Shown here piece after piece: positions 37,832 to 38,427 of a stretch of DNA of 38,427 bases. Position numbers and translations under genes: made by a program. The stretch spans positions 1-38,427 of the forward strand of contig JBARCH010000209.1 of NCBI GenBank assembly GCA_049793875.1, read 5' to 3'. The notes beneath the pieces were generated by a model. The model had not been told where the DNA came from. It was given only the letters and a program-made list of their open reading frames with translations, and searched no databases. The DNA comes from Pseudolabrys sp. GTDB taxonomy: Bacteria > Pseudomonadota > Alphaproteobacteria > Rhizobiales > Xanthobacteraceae. The stretch's first letter is position 1, and every line of letters begins with the position of its first letter.

Positions 37832-37889
37832 GTTAATGTCTATTCAGGTTGCCATTAATCGGCGTTCAGTGAGATGAATAGCCATTCAG
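37832..37889. promoter_or_regulatory. Three phased imperfect palindromes (putative transcription-factor boxes)
   Basis: GTTAATgtctATTCAG (37832), ATTAATcggcGTTCAG (37854), ATGAATagccATTCAG (37874). Confidence 0.55.
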
Positions 37890-38017
37890 CGAAAAGAACG
37901 TGCCGCCTCTCGGAAAGGCGTGGCTTCCAGCGCTTTTGAGCTGCCATCGCACGCCAGCCCGCGTGTATTTGACCGCCGCAGAGGTGCGGGCTACCAACCT
38001 TGCGAAAGCGGAATCCC

Positions 38018-38427
38018 ATGTCGTTCAATACGTTCGGCCATCTTTTCCGGTACACGAGCTTTGGCGAAAGCCACGGGGCGGCGATCGGCTGCGTGGTTGA
38101 CGGCTGCCCCCCGCGGATTCCGTTAACGGCGGAAGACATTCAGGTTCATCTCGACCGCCGGCGGCCCGGTCAGTCGCGCTTCACGACGCAACGGCAGGAA
38201 CCGGACGCGGTGAAGATCATGTCGGGCGTGTTTACCGACGAGACGAACGGCAAGCAGGTCACGACTGGCACGCCGATCATGCTGATGATCGAGAACGTCG
38301 ACCAGCGTTCGAAGGATTATTCCGAGATCAAGGACAAATACCGGCCCGGCCACGCCGGTTACACATACGACGTCAAATACGGGCTGCACGATTACCGCGG
38401 CGGCGGACGCGCGTCGGCGCGCGAGAC
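38018..38427 (+). CDS. aroC: Chorismate synthase (partial, runs off window)
   Basis: Manual translation [32 protein letters not shown]...[16 protein letters not shown]...[22 protein letters not shown]. Confidence 0.95.
   Translation, partial: MSFNTFGHLFRYTSFGESHGAAIGCVVDGCPPRIPLTAEDIQVHLDRRRPGQSRFTTQRQEPDAVKIMSGVFTDETNGKQVTTGTPIMLMIENVDQRSKDYSEIKDKYRPGHAGYTYDVKYGLHDYRGGGRASARE

Overview
High-GC alphaproteobacterial chromosome segment. Gene content, gene order and codon style suggest Hyphomicrobiales, probably Xanthobacteraceae/Nitrobacteraceae-like (inference). It is mostly housekeeping or lineage-core: partial acuI, tyrosine phosphatase, HD hydrolase, tag, ygfZ, dihydroorotase, NUDIX, SRAP, tsaC, tRNA-Pro(CGG), fatty-acid-CoA ligase, L,D-transpeptidase, corA, pdxH, DnaJ-class chaperone, ECF sigma/anti-sigma pair, fabI and partial aroC. 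Probable accessory genes are an FAD monooxygenase, DUF2231, a PAS hybrid kinase, a Bug-araD-Bug cluster and an MFS transporter. I found no integrase, transposase, phage gene, CRISPR array or defence system, and I cannot support a complete novel multi-gene system. The strongest lead is a small secreted Lys-rich protein with an exact internal repeat (37386-37664), preceded by three phased CTGAAY-N4-ATTMAY boxes. Other leads are a perfect CtrA box controlling an uncharacterised operon, a second CtrA-like box with GANTC sites before a 64-aa ORF, an 'extensin-like' protein carrying a LAS/M15 zinc-peptidase motif, a frameshifted MFS gene, a FixR-like SDR and a degenerate REP-like repeat before corA. 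All family calls come from motif recognition; no database search was run.
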